DNA from: Eledone cirrhosa
Lineage: Eukaryota
Length of the DNA: 64,000 nucleotides
Reading direction: 5' to 3'
NCBI GenBank assembly: GCA_964016885.1
Contig: OZ024741.1
Coordinates: forward strand, 10,602,001-10,666,000
The notes under the pieces: generated by a model
The model's database searches: none
Seen by the model: the letters and a program-made list of their open reading frames with translations, nothing else
Told to the model about the DNA's origin: nothing
In this document: one piece after another, positions 46,701 through 59,841 of the stretch
Numbering within the stretch: the first letter of the stretch is position 1
Layout: each line of letters begins with the position of its first letter
Program-made: the position numbers and the translations under genes

Positions 46701-47569
46701 GTACCGGAGAACACCGACATCCAGTGGATTCTCTCCGAGTGAACTTTTGAATCACCGGCAGATACGGACAAGGATTGATTCTCTGCTGCCCTCGCCAGCA
46801 CACATCGCTCAAGGCAAGCAGTCTAAGAAAGCATATAAGTCTCAGATGACTCCGGACTCGGCAGGTGTCGCTAAGGCAGTACAAGGCTGGAGATCCTGTG
46901 TATGCACTGTACTACGGACCTCGCCGAGACAAAGATCCCCGATGGGTACCAGCAATCATTAAGAAGTCATTGGGTACTCGCTGCTTCAACGTTAAGGTCA
47001 TACCTCATGGCCCGGTGTGGAGACGACACTGGGAACAGCTGCAACCGCGGTACACTACTGAGGAAGACGATGAACCTGGTGATGCAGTAGACACTGTTTT
47101 TGAATTTGCAACAGATCACCCGATGGAGATCTCGGAAATCGTGCCACTAACTCCAAGACAGACCAGACACAAGACCTTATTGCCCGTTCCAGAGTATGGA
47201 CCAGACAATCGAAGACGGTCCAAGAGAACTCGTAAACCCCCAGAGAGACTTTGCTGTTGATGCTTCTTTTGTCGCATCAATTTCGGTGGGGAGGTGTTGT
47301 ATGGACTGGGAATCGAACTCACAACCTCATTGTTGTATGGACTGTTAAATTCGTTTTATTCAATTTACACGTGCTCACACATTTGCATATGAATCACGTG
47401 ACCTGGGCAGTCAGTCAGCGTTGGTATTAAAAACTCGGTCACAGACTGATTCTCTTACTTTGTTATTCTGCTACTGTGAGGAGGGGCGTTTTGGTTCTTT
47501 CGTACAATACACAAATTATTTGATATAACTCGTTGTGTTTTCTCTGCGAGTACCGAGAGGAATACAACA
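43715..47569 (+). mobile_element. Decayed Ty3/Gypsy LTR retrotransposon (Mag-like), 5' end lost
   Basis: Double knuckle CYRCGKAH..C/CHFCDKKGHLQAVC, protease MELDIAT, RT (LRICGDY, IDLADAYNQ, RLPFGI, FQDD), RNase H (LACDASNVGIGAVL, TDHKPL), integrase (LHLGH, VYWPG, LVTDNA, APYHPATNGAAER). Multiple frameshifts and stops. Confidence 0.92.
47295..47569 (+). repeat. 3' LTR of the Gypsy element
   Basis: Polypurine tract GGTGGGGAGG directly before TGTTGTAT; ends ATACAACA (8-bp terminal inverted repeat). Confidence 0.8.
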
Positions 47570-47952
47570 TCCATAGTGCTTTTACCTGGTACAAAGCCAA
47601 ACTGCATTTCATCTCGATCAATTCAGTCTCTAATCAGTTGAGTAAGAACTCTTTCTGTGACTTTCATGACCTGGTCAACTAACTTAATGCCCCTATAGTT
47701 TCCTCTATGCAGGGCGTCTCCTTTGCCCTTGTAATATTTGACGATGATAATGCTACACTAGTCATTTGGTATAACCCCATTCTGTATTACATGGTTCACT
47801 GTCTGGGAGTTCTCTACTACCCCCCTCCTGCCATTCTTTCCAAGTCTCCTTTTTTCCCTTGATGGACCCCTCCACCTTACTGTTCCACCACCAACTCACT
47901 CTCCTCCTACCTTACTGTCTGCTCCAGCCACAGATTTCATCAGCAGCCTTCA
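47570..47952 (-). mobile_element. Internally deleted RTE LINE fragment
   Basis: Minus strand encodes KAADEICGWSRQ, KGKGDAL..NYRGIKLVDQVMKV and MQFGFVPGKSTM; homologous to 15290-16110. Confidence 0.8.
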
Positions 47953-48152
47953 NNNNNNNNNNNNNNNNNNNNNNNNNNNNNNNNNNNNNNNNNNNNNNNN
48001 NNNNNNNNNNNNNNNNNNNNNNNNNNNNNNNNNNNNNNNNNNNNNNNNNNNNNNNNNNNNNNNNNNNNNNNNNNNNNNNNNNNNNNNNNNNNNNNNNNNN
48101 NNNNNNNNNNNNNNNNNNNNNNNNNNNNNNNNNNNNNNNNNNNNNNNNNNNN
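47953..48152. other. Assembly gap (200 N)
   Basis: Run of N. Confidence 1.
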
Positions 48153-48154
48153 CT

Positions 48155-48733
48155 AGAACACATAGATATCACTCAATTTTCAATAGACATACAATTAAAT
48201 TAACCTACTCATCCACCAAAAATTTAGCACAAAATATCAATAGAATAAATAATAGGAACTTAAAACCTAGTGATAACAGCATAAATAATATACAAGTTAA
48301 CAAATGTAACTGTAGAGATAGATCTAAATGTCCGTTAAATAACAACTGCTTAGTTAAAAATATAGTATACAATTGTAATGTTAATACTGACTCTAATTCT
48401 TTTAACTACGTCGGTTCCACATCGACGGAATTTAAACTTCGCTATAATAACCACAAGAATTCTTTCACAGATCCAAGTAAAAAATCTTCAACGGCACTAT
48501 CAGGCGTACTATGGCAACTTAAGCTAGATAACGTTAGATATTCGACGGCTTGGAATATAGTCTCAAGAGGGATTCCTTTTAATTCATCCTCTGAAACATG
48601 TGACCTCTGCGCAGAGGAGATATTCTTTATACTAAAATCTAAAAATTCCCTTAATCTACGGACAAATTTATTCAGTTGTTGCAAACATAGATTAAACTCA
48701 ACGTTTAAATATAAATTTAAATTTAAAATGTAG
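48155..48733 (+). CDS. C-terminal part of a Penelope-like (Naiad-type) ORF: thumb + GIY-YIG endonuclease (partial; absent from the ORF track)
   Basis: Manual translation, stop-free from the gap: HSIFNRHTIKLTYS...CNCRDRSKCPLNNNCLVKNIVY...YVGSTSTEFKLRYNNHKNSF...TALS...W..K...W...CDLCAEE...LNLRTNLFSCCKH, TAG at 48731-48733. Confidence 0.82.
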   Translation, partial: RTHRYHSIFNRHTIKLTYSSTKNLAQNINRINNRNLKPSDNSINNIQVNKCNCRDRSKCPLNNNCLVKNIVYNCNVNTDSNSFNYVGSTSTEFKLRYNNHKNSFTDPSKKSSTALSGVLWQLKLDNVRYSTAWNIVSRGIPFNSSSETCDLCAEEIFFILKSKNSLNLRTNLFSCCKHRLNSTFKYKFKFKM

Positions 48734-49232
48734 TATATTTAGTTTGATTTATAATTATATGGGAAACTAGCCGATAAATCTTTGATTCTCTTTTTATTCT
48801 TTTTATTTTTATTTTGTTTGTTTAAACATTCTTCATGAAAAATTAAGCTATCCTAAAAGTTGATGCTCCAAATATTTCGAATAAACGTTACACTAGATAA
48901 ACTTCTATATTAAATATAAGAACACATGTAGACCAAATTGGGCATCCTATACTTTTTGAAATGATCTTTACTAGATGCGATTTGATAGATAATTTTTGGC
49001 TTTATCTGTTTTTCGACTCTGATGTTTATAATGAACTTGGCAATATATTGTCAATTAATTTTGAAGGGTTGATCTTTGTGGTTTATTTTATTTTTATTAT
49101 TGTAGTATTTCCTAATTTTTATTTTTAATATTCTTAATATGTAAATTTTTTAATATGTAATATTTTTAATATTTTTAATATGTAATATTCTTTCGTAATA
49201 TTTCTTAGTTTTCTATTTTATTATTACTTATT

Positions 49233-49420
49233 GTGGATTGGCAGTATCGGTAGAGGGTCGGACGCCATGCTTTGACGCATAGTTACGGCCCTTGCCATTC
49301 TGAGTTCAAATCCCGCCGAGGTTAAGTTTGCCTTTCATCCTTACGGGGTCGATAAAATAAAGTACCAGTAATGCACTGGTTAATTGCTGGCCTTGTGCCA
49401 AAAGTCGAAACAATTATTAT
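49233..49420 (+). mobile_element. tRNA-derived SINE with Nin-like central domain, nested in the PLE 3'UTR
   Basis: B box GAGTTCAAATCC (49302-49313), then GCCTTTCATCCTTACGGGGTCGATAAAATAAAGTACCAG and an (ATT)n tail; absent from the paralogous copy at ~63355. Confidence 0.8.
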
Positions 49421-50279
49421 TGTTATTTTTAGTTTTGTTTCCGATATATTTTTATTTTTATTTTTATTAGTATAGTGAAATCTGCTCTATCTTTGCTTGA
49501 TAGACTGAAATAGAATATTGACTCTATATACACATATGTATACTTAAATTTTTATACCACATTGAGAATACTTTCCGTGAACTTAAGGTTTGCAGAATTA
49601 ATCATGTACATTCACATAGATGTTTGTAATTATCACATAAACATATGAATTTTTTAAAAAACTAAACATAAGATCATTAATTTTCACACATTGTGGATAC
49701 ATATCTCATTCAGGAATACTGATATTTACAATGTAGAGGCTGGTTTTGTAAATACTAATACCTCTATATTAAAACAGAGGTTTTTTACGCCTCGCATGTG
49801 TCTGGTTTTTTTTCTCTCTCTTTTTTTCTCTCTCTATATTTTTTTCCTCTCCCTATATAACAGCTGGTTCTCCCTCCATATATCTCCCTTACATTAATAC
49901 TAGAGCTAAATAAATGAATAAATAAATAAATGTATCATTGATACGTTATTCAACAGTCGTCCCACTACCTAGCTTTCTATATATATCTATCTATCTCTAT
50001 TTCCTCTCTGTCTATATATATATATATCTCTTTCTGTTTCTTTACATGAAGTTCTTCTCTTTATCTATCTTTCCATCTCTCTATTTTGTTCCATGCATTT
50101 CTTCTTTTTCTTTTTCTTCGTTTTCTGTCTTTCTTTCCTTTTTTCTCTCTTTTTCTCTCTTTCTCTCTCTCTTTCTTTCTCTTTGTGTACAATTTTGTCA
50201 CTACCAAATCAACCTTCTCAAATGCAAGTAGATGTTACGGTATGTCGAATCTATTTATCTATAAAACTGTTTATATTGT

Positions 50280-50343
50280 ATTTTGTCTGAGGAAGGCATA
50301 GCATATTGTTAATATGATATCCCTGAAATATATATAATGAAAT
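50280..50343 (+). ncRNA. Minimal type-I hammerhead motif (partly degenerate stems)
   Basis: ATTTTGT-CTGAGGA-AGGCATAGCATATT(GTT)AATATGATATCCCT-GAAA-TATATATA-ATGAAAT, overlapping AATAAA. Confidence 0.68.
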
Positions 50344-50434
50344 AAATATGGTTTTATAAATATAGTTTCCATTTATTTAATATTGTATATTTATATATAT
50401 ATATTTATATATATATATATATAGAAATATATAT

Positions 50435-50465
<31 letters not shown>

Positions 50466-50468
50466 AAT

Positions 50469-50623
<155 letters not shown>

Positions 50624-50825
50624 AATATATATATATAAATATATAGATAAATCTACCAAGAGTTTACGGTAGTGTCCAATCCGTATGAAGAACTCAATGT
50701 ATTCCGGATATCATGGAAAGAAGAGATGTAATGAAAAATCACATTCGGTGAAAGATAAACGGTATACAGAGTCAAGATAAAATATTAAACAAATAATGAA
50801 TAAACAATGAGACATATATACATAT

Positions 50826-50946
<121 letters not shown>

Positions 50947-51102
50947 AAAGAATAGAGGTGTAACACACAAGTTATTATATATTGGTAAACGGAATAGAAA
51001 ATGCTGACAAATTGTTCACAGTTGAAAAATGGTTTAATTAGGAATAAAAGAGTATTAGTGATTGTATGGGTTAGTATTCAGTTGTGGTTTTAAGTTTTTA
51101 AG

Positions 51103-51141
51103 TTTTTACCGGTTGCGCATTTCTAAATGCTTTTCAAAAAT
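51103..51141 (-). ncRNA. Degenerate U3:A8-variant hammerhead motif
   Basis: Minus strand TTT-TTGAAAA-GCATT(TAGA)AATGC-GCAAC-CG-GTA-AAA. GAAA is mutated to GCAA; downstream sequence resembles 55041-55130. Confidence 0.5.
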
Positions 51142-51174
51142 AATTTTGAGATAGAGTGTCCGTGATGTTTGCTC

Positions 51175-54122
51175 AAGTCTACAACAACCATACGATTTAA
51201 AATCGATAGAGGAAGAAGATTCGGGACAAACAGATAAAAAATATCAATAAAACAATACGTCAATAATTTAAATGAATGTAAAATCATACCCGGACCCACT
51301 AGACAGGTGTTAAATCTAGCTTCATGGGTTTCTGTAAATCCTTAGACTGTACTCTATCAGCTCACATATAAATATAAAAGCCTACTAGAGTAAGCGGAAC
51401 GGAGTTTTACTTTCTCAACGAGTTTTTTCCTGGCGGCAGAGGAGCCAACTACCAGTGAAAAACGCACATGGCATTAGACAAGGGAGATGACCCCTATATC
51501 CGCGAAAACAATTCGAGTGAATGTGGAAATACACATATCGAATTAGAGTGCTCAATAGACATGTTAAAATAAAACAAAAGCTATTCATCACTCAATAGAA
51601 TCGACAAAAATGAGCAATAAAATTAACTGGTGGATAGCTATGTCCAGAGCTAAATATATTAGAAAGATCGAGTATCGAAAAATCGGCGCACGAGTTCACG
51701 ATAAACGAGATTCGATATGAGCGGCAGAGGGCTCAATAATTCAGATGAATCAGAGCTATAACTATCGTTAAAATACCGTCACATATAGAACAAGTCTACA
51801 ATCAACCATACGATTTAAAATCGATAGAGGAAGATTCGGGACAAACAGATAAAAAATATCAATAAAACAATACGTCAATAATTTAAATGAATGTAAAATC
51901 ATACCGGACCACTAGACAGGTGTTAAATCTAGCTTCATGGGTTTCTGTAAATCCTTAGACTGTACTCTATCAGCTCACATATAAATATAAAAGCCTACTA
52001 GAGTAAGCGGAACGGAGTTTTACTTTCTCAACGAGTTTTTTCCTGGCGGCAGAGGAGCCAACTACCAGTGAAAAACGCACATGGCATTAGACAAGGGAGA
52101 TGACCCCTATATCCGCGAAAACAATTCGAGTGAATGTGGAAATACACATATCGAATTAGAGTGCTCAATAGACATGTTAAAATAAAACAAAAGCTATTCA
52201 TGACTCAATAGAATCGACAAAAAATGAGCAATAAAATTAACTGGTGGATAGCTATGTCCAGAGCTAAATATATTAGGAAGATCGAGTATCGAAAAATCGC
52301 GCACGAGTTCACGATAAACGAGATTCGATATGAGCGGCAGAGGGCTCAATAATTCAGATGAATCAGAGCTATAACTATCGTTAAAATACCGTCACATATA
52401 GAACAAGTCTACAATCAACCATACGATTTAAAATCGATAGAGGAAGATTCGGGACAAACAGATAAAAAATATCAATAAAACAATACGTCAATAATTTAAA
52501 TGAATGTAAAATCATACCCGGACCCACTAGACAGGTGTTAAATCTAGCTTCATGGGTTTCTGTAAATCCTTAGACTGTACTCTATCAGCTCACATATAAA
52601 TATAAAAGCCTACTAGAGTAAGCGGAACGGAGTTTACTTTCTCAACGAGTTTTTTCCTGGCGGCAGAGGAGCCAACTACCAGTGAAAAACGCACATGGCA
52701 TTAGACAAGGGAGATGACCCCTATATCCGCGAAAACAATTCGAGTGAATGTGGAAATACACATATCGAATTAGAGTGCTCAATAGACATGTTAAAATAAA
52801 ACAAAAGCTATTCATCACTCAATAGAATCGACAAAAAATGAGCAATAAATTAACTGGTGGATAGCTATGTCCAGAGCTAAATATATTAGGAAGATCGAGT
52901 ATCGAAAAATCGGCGCACGAGTTCACGATAAACGAGATTCGATATGAGCGGCAGAGGGCTCAATAATTCAGATGAATCAGAGCTATAACTATCGTTAAAA
53001 TACCGTCACATATAGAACAAGTCTACAATCAACCATACGATTTAAAATCGATAGAGGAAGATTCGGGACAAACAGATAAAAAATATCAATAAAACAATAC
53101 GTCAATAATTTAAATGAATGTAAAATCATACCCGGACCCACTAGACAGGTGTTAAATCTAGCTTCATGGGTTTCTGTAAATCCTTAGACTGTACTCTATC
53201 AGCTCACATATAAATATAAAAGCCTACTAGAGTAAGCGGAACGGAGTTTTACTTTCTCAACGAGTTTTTTCCTGGCGGCAGAGGAGACAACTACCAGTGA
53301 AAAACGCACATGGCATTAGACAAGGGAGATGACCCCTATATCCGCGAAAACAATTCGAGTGAATGTGGAAATACACATATCGAATTAGAGTGCTCAATAG
53401 ACATGTTAAAATAAAACAAAAGCTATTCATCACTCAATAGAATCGACAAAAAATGAGCAATAAAATTAACTGGTGGATAGCTATGTCCAGAGCTAAATAT
53501 ATTAGAAAGATCGAGTATCGAAAAATCGGCGCACGAGTTCACGATAAACGAGATTCGATATGAGCGGCAGAGGGCTCAATAATTCAGATGAATCAGAGCT
53601 ATAACTATCGTTAAAATACCGTCTTATATAGAACAAGTCTACAATCAACCATACGATTTAAAATCGATAGAGGAAGATTCGGACAAACAGATAAAAAATA
53701 TCAATAAAACAATACGTCAATAATTTAAATGAATGTAAAATCATACCCGGACCCACTAGACAGGTGTTAAATCTAGCTTCATGGGTTTCTGTAAATCCTT
53801 AGACTGTACTCTATCAGCTCACATATAAATATAAAAGCCTACTAGAGTAAGCGGAACGGAGTTTTACTTTCTCAACGAGTTTTTTCCTGGCGGCAGAGGA
53901 GCCAACTACCAGTGAAAAACGCACATGGCATTAGACAAGGGAGATGACCCCTATATCCGCGAAAACAATTCGAGTGAATGTGGAAATACACATATCGAAT
54001 TAGAGTGCTCAATAGACATGTTAAAATAAAACAAAAGCTATTCATCACTCAATAGAATCGACAAAAAATGAGCAATAAAATTAACTGGTGGATAGCTATG
54101 TCCAGAGCTAAATATATTAGAA
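51175..54122. repeat. Tandem array of a ~614-bp unit (~4.8 near-identical copies)
   Basis: CAAGTCTACAA anchor at ~51175, 51791, 52404, 53018 and 53634; last copy truncated at (TA)n. Confidence 0.95.
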
Positions 54123-55045
<923 letters not shown>

Positions 55046-55100
55046 GTGAGGTTTTTTTTACAAAATGAAAGATAACCGAGGTGTCCTACACGAGTGGAAG

Positions 55101-55401
55101 TATAAAGAAAAAGGGATGAAATCGAAAATGCAACTGAAGTCTTATTTTTTTAAAAATATATATATTTATTTGGTTCCTTTACCGGTTTCGCAGTTCTTCT
55201 GCTTTTCAAAAGGTGAGTTGAGATGGAGGGTCTGTGGTTTTTCTCACATCTGATGTGAGAAAAACCACAGACCCTCCATCTCAACTCACCTTTTGAAAAG
55301 CAGAAGAACTGCGAAACCGGTAAAGGAACCAAATAAATATATATATTTTTAAAAAAATAAGACTTCAGTTGCATTTTCGATTTCATCCCTTTTTCTTTAT
55401 A
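55101..55401. repeat. Perfect 301-bp palindrome (150-bp arms, 1-nt spacer) from an HHR-bearing element end
   Basis: Centre CTCACATC-T-GATGTGAG at 55251. The left arm continues as unique sequence to ~55041; (TA)n on both sides. Confidence 0.93.
55289..55326 (+). ncRNA. Minimal hammerhead with compensatory U3:A8 core (mirror copy at 55176-55213, minus strand)
   Basis: CCTT-TTGAAAA-GCAG(AAGAA)CTGC-GAAAC-CG-GTA-AAGG, followed closely by AATAAA. Confidence 0.78.
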
Positions 55402-55644
55402 TATATATATATATAGATATTTCGTTTCTGAATTTGTTTAGCAAGATTCTTTATCTGAAATCGTGTGTTGAAACCGATATTGTTATACTTTGGGAGGGTC
55501 ATGTTGCCAATAAGAAACACACGCACCAGTTGCTTTCACTTCAATTTATTATATATTTATAAATTTATAAATTTACAAATCTACAAACTTATAAATTTCT
55601 GGTTGGTTGGTTGGTTCCACAACCAGATAGTTGTTTATATATAT

Positions 55645-55689
55645 AGTCATAGTCCTTTCGTCACACACTCTGTGACCTCTTCAGTGACT
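55645..55689 (-). ncRNA. Minimal hammerhead in the 3' pseudo-LTR
   Basis: Minus strand AGTCA-CTGAAGA-GGTCACA(GAGTG)TGTGAC-GAAA-GGAC-TA-TGACT. Confidence 0.7.
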
Positions 55690-55966
55690 GGGGATTCCTT
55701 TCTTCGTTTCTGTGCCTTTTCTTTCTTCTATCCTACGCCATTTTGTTTCTGTGTGTGTGTTGTGTGCTCAGTTTGCGCATGTGCCACATCCGGGTGTCTG
55801 TGTGTGTTTGTGTTCATTTTTCTATTTGTTTATTTATTTATTGTTGGTTGGTTGTTTGTTCTATGTGTGTGTGTGTTTACATTTTGTCCTGTGTGTGTTT
55901 TCATTTTGTGTGTGTTTTCAATTGTAAGTTGTTTGTTCTATGTGTGTGTGTGTTTTCATTTTGTCC

Positions 55967-58900
55967 TTAATTGTAAGTTGTGATGTTGCTGTTCCACTCA
56001 TATTTTCTATTTAATTTTGGTTTTAATTCTTTTATGCTTACTGCCTCTGTAATTTGCCTAAACATTGCGTCTTTTCTGTGCGTGGATTCTATTTTTATTT
56101 CTATGCTCTCTAATCTACCCCTGTGTTCTATCTTAGCATGTTGGTAGAGCACAGATGATTCTTTATTATCTTGGAGGTCTCGCCAGTGTTCATTTATTCG
56201 TTCCCCTATACTACGAGCTGTCTCACCTATGTACACTATATTTTTGTTTCTACATTGTCCTTCAGTACATCTTATGCTATACACTACATTTCTAGTTTTA
56301 CAGTTAATATGGGGGCTTATTCTACAGGTTATACATTTCTTATCTATACATGAGGGTCTTTGGAACGGGTATGTCTTGCTAATAAGTGTTTTTACGGAGG
56401 TACCAGGTCTTTCTACTATCTTAATATTGAGGTTATGTTTATTTAGGGCCCTTCTAAATTTGTAGGCTAGTTCGCCTCTAGGGGTTGTATTGATGAACAT
56501 TACACTCTGGTATTTATTGCTATCATACCATGAGTTTATTTTATTGGCCTTGTTCCTAGTTATTTCTATTCTATTCCAAAATTTGCTCCTATACAAGGGG
56601 CAGGTCCCATTTATGTCATTATTTACCATTTTTTCCCATTTGGTTCTGGCTCCTCTATACACTCTGATTCTATCTCTCTGATTGTAGCCAGAGAACTGCA
56701 TACGGTGGATGAAGTGTTGTATGTGTCTCTCTAGTTCTTCGGGGTTGCACATGCGGGACACATTTCTCATCACCCGTACCAAATCCGCAATCAGTATGTT
56801 GATTTTGGTATGGTCCGAAATGGCCGAGTTTCGGTGGATCAGATGTTTGGAAGTCATGGGTTTGGCATAATGGGAATGGAGGATTTGTTTTTGGTTGTTA
56901 ATGGTATCTAACCAGAGCTCTGTGTCTAGTACAGGTAATCGATGGTTGGGGTGTCTACTTGGGTAGTCTATAGTAACTCTAATGCTCTGGTGGATGGAGT
57001 TTGCTATTTGCTGGATGCTTTCCATTGTGTTTTCCTCTAGTTCCTGACTGTTCTTTAGTGGGGGTGTCTTAACTACGATGTTTATATCATCTACGTAGCG
57101 GGTGTACATTATCAGGGTTAAGCTGTCTTCTAATTGTTCATTAAGTTTTTGTTTAAGTCTACTGTCCCACCATACCATGAATAAATTAGCTATGTCGCCT
57201 GCAATGCTAACACCAATGGCTGCTCCTTCCTCTTGGGCATATGTTTTACCATTAAATTTGAACATATGTTCCTTAAGGGTTAATTTTATTCTGGCCCCTA
57301 CCGCATGTGCAATCATTTTCTTCAGTTCATCATGGTTTTCGGGTGTCCGTATGGCTCTGGTCCACCCGTTCTATCTATCTGTGTGGGTTTTCTTGGCCAT
57401 TGAGGTAATGGTAGGTGGTCTGCCTCTTGCTGGTCTTGTAGGGCACAGGTTGCTAAGGTCATAAGTGTCTAGGTAACTATTACTATGGGTAAGCTTAAGT
57501 AGAAGTCCCAGCTCACTGGTATCAATCCCACGGAACTCAACCTTGCTCTCGCTGATCATTTCTACGCATTTCTCCACAGCAAAATCCACGTCAATAGATG
57601 GATACAGGGACACAACATCCATACTGCCTATTATGCAGTTTGTTAGGTCCCCAGATCGGTTACCCGCGCCGATTCCGCTGAGGAGGTCCTCCGTGCTGTC
57701 ACACACATCTGGGGACATTTCAATGATGGGGCGTATGATCAGGGAGAGCAAGTAGGACAGTCTGTAGTTACTAGCAATGTTAGCCCCACAGACCGGCCGT
57801 GTTGGTGGTCCCGCGACAGGGTCACAGCCCGTTTTATGGTCTTTTCGAAGCCCATACAACGCCGGCACGTCATTGTTCCAGGCCTGGAAGTTGTTGGCAG
57901 TCCTTTTGTTGGGCTGCATTATATTCGTCCACATCACCATTTGGGCATTGAGGGCTTTTTCTCTATCCTCATGCTCTTGTGGTGTTACTTCTCTTGTGTT
58001 AGTGATGTGGGGTTGCATTGCCTGGATGTAGTTTGGCAGGCTGTCAACCGACATTCTGCCAGACTTGTCTGTTGGAAAGCATGCTCTCTCTCCATTACGC
58101 GAGCGCTGCATGAGCTTACGCAAGCCATTTGCAGATTTTTCTCCCAGTTGCTGGGCCTCCATTCTATTTTGCTTTTTGCTATACTGTTCTATAATATTTC
58201 TAAGTTCGGATCTAACTATACTAAATTGTGCTTCTGTTTGTTCATCGACCTGCGACGGCAATTGCGTGCGTTTGTTAAATGGTAAAGTCGTGGCGTAGAC
58301 TCGTCGCAGGTCGAATGATTTATCGGAGGGATTATAAAACGGATAGTTCCAGGCTGCTGCGTTATGTGTACTAGTGCTATTGTTATTGTTAGTTGTGTTG
58401 TTTCTATTTCTATTTCCACCAACAGCCTCATGGTTGTTTCTATGTCTCTCATAATTACTCCTGTCTCTTTCCACTGGCTCATTGTTGTTATCTACCCTAT
58501 TTTGTGTGTCTGTGTGTTCGTCTTGGTTTATTATCTTTGTCCTTAGTCTCCCTTTTTCCTTTTAATCCTATTACTTTCCCTTATTTCTGTGATTTCTGTG
58601 CTACTGTCATTACTTGTTTTCTGTGTCTGTGTGTTTGTTAAGGTTGTGGTGGTTGTGAGAGGCATTGAATGAGTGTGTGTGTTGTTGTTGTTGATGTGTG
58701 TTGTTGTTGATGTGTGTTGTTGTTGTCTCCGTGTGTGTTATTGTTGTTGTGTGTGTTGTTATTGTTGTTTGTGTCTGCGTGTCTGTTGTTGTTGTTTCTG
58801 GGTATGTTGTTATTGTTGTTGTTGATGTGTGTGTTGTTTTTATTGTTGTTTGTGTCTGTGTGTCTGTTGTTGTTGGGATGTGTGTTGTATGTGTGTGCGT

Positions 58901-59664
58901 ATATTGTTGCTTTTGTTTTTGTTTTTGTTTTTGATGCTCCAGCGTAGTTTTGTAAATGATTTTTCTATTTCTGACAGATAACTAATCATATTTACCTTCT
59001 TGAATGTTGCAAATTTCGGGGGCAAGCATAACACAGACATTTTGTCATTATCTATTCTTGTGTTCCCATATATATTGGTGTTTTTGTTGTTGAACTCTTC
59101 TGTTAATGAGGTGTAGGCCATGTTTATACCGTCGATTTTGTCGGGATATCTATTGGTATTCTCTATAGTATCCTGACTTAGATTTTTCTGTTTAAGCCAC
59201 TTTAGTTTCCTGTTAAAGTGCTTATCACATTCTTGAGTAATGTACTGTTCTTCAGGGCGTATAAGGCTTATAAATATTAGTTTCTCTCTTGGTGTGGTGA
59301 TCCTAGCTAATTCTTGTATTAGGTTACGCTTTTGTTTTTCTTGATGACTTAATTCTCTATAGATCTTCTTTTTTATGTTTAGAATTAATGTTCGTTTTAG
59401 CCTATCTGCTTGTTTTTTGGTGAGTTGTAATCTTCTAACGTCGGTATTGATGGTGTTGGTGTAGATTCTGGATGAGGCACACTGCTTTATGAAGTATAGT
59501 TGTCGAGATGTTATGGTTTTTCGTAGACAACAGAACATGTTGGTTTTCAGTATCTTGTTAGCCTGGCTAAAGCTTACGATATTTCGTTTCTGAATTTGTT
59601 TATCAAGATTCTTTATCTGAAATCGTGTGTTGAAACCGATATTGTTATACTTTGGGAGGGTCAT
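55967..59664 (-). pseudogene. Frameshifted PLE polyprotein (N-terminal domain, RT, Cys linker, GIY-YIG)
   Basis: Pieces: MTLPKYN...LCLPPKF; TDKSGR, LYGLRKDHK, RPVCG, SMDVVSLYPSI; QEEGAAIG, RYVDD, CIDKKCITC, VVY...YIGET.R...R..EH, LNRKYEW. A (CAA)/(CA)-rich segment interrupts at ~58500-58930. Confidence 0.87.
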
Positions 59665-59796
59665 GTTGCCAATAAGAAACACACGCACCAGTTGATTTCA
59701 CTTCAATTTATTATATATTTATAAATTTACAAATTTATAAATTTATAAATTTCTGGTTGGTTGGTTGGTTCCACAACCAGATAGTTGTTTACATAT

Positions 59797-59841
59797 AGTC
59801 ATAGTCCTTTCGTCACACACTCTGTGACCTCTTCACTGACT
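59797..59841 (-). ncRNA. Hammerhead in the 5' pseudo-LTR with C3G core mutation
   Basis: Same as 55645-55689, but the core reads GTGAAGA. Confidence 0.6.

Larger units (their letters stand above)
48153..50390 (+). mobile_element. Penelope-like element (Naiad-like) 3' portion with long AT-rich 3'UTR and terminal HHR
   Basis: GIY-YIG ORF; 3'UTR homologous to 62604-64000; HHR and AATAAA near the end, then (TA)n. Confidence 0.72.

Noticed and set aside
48155-48733. Selenocysteine-recoded Naiad ORF
   Set aside because: No in-frame TGA in the visible portion.
51175-54122. snRNA or 5S rRNA tandem gene cluster
   Set aside because: No recognisable U1/U2/U4/U5/U6, SL or 5S sequence on either strand by eye; an Rfam search is needed to exclude fully.
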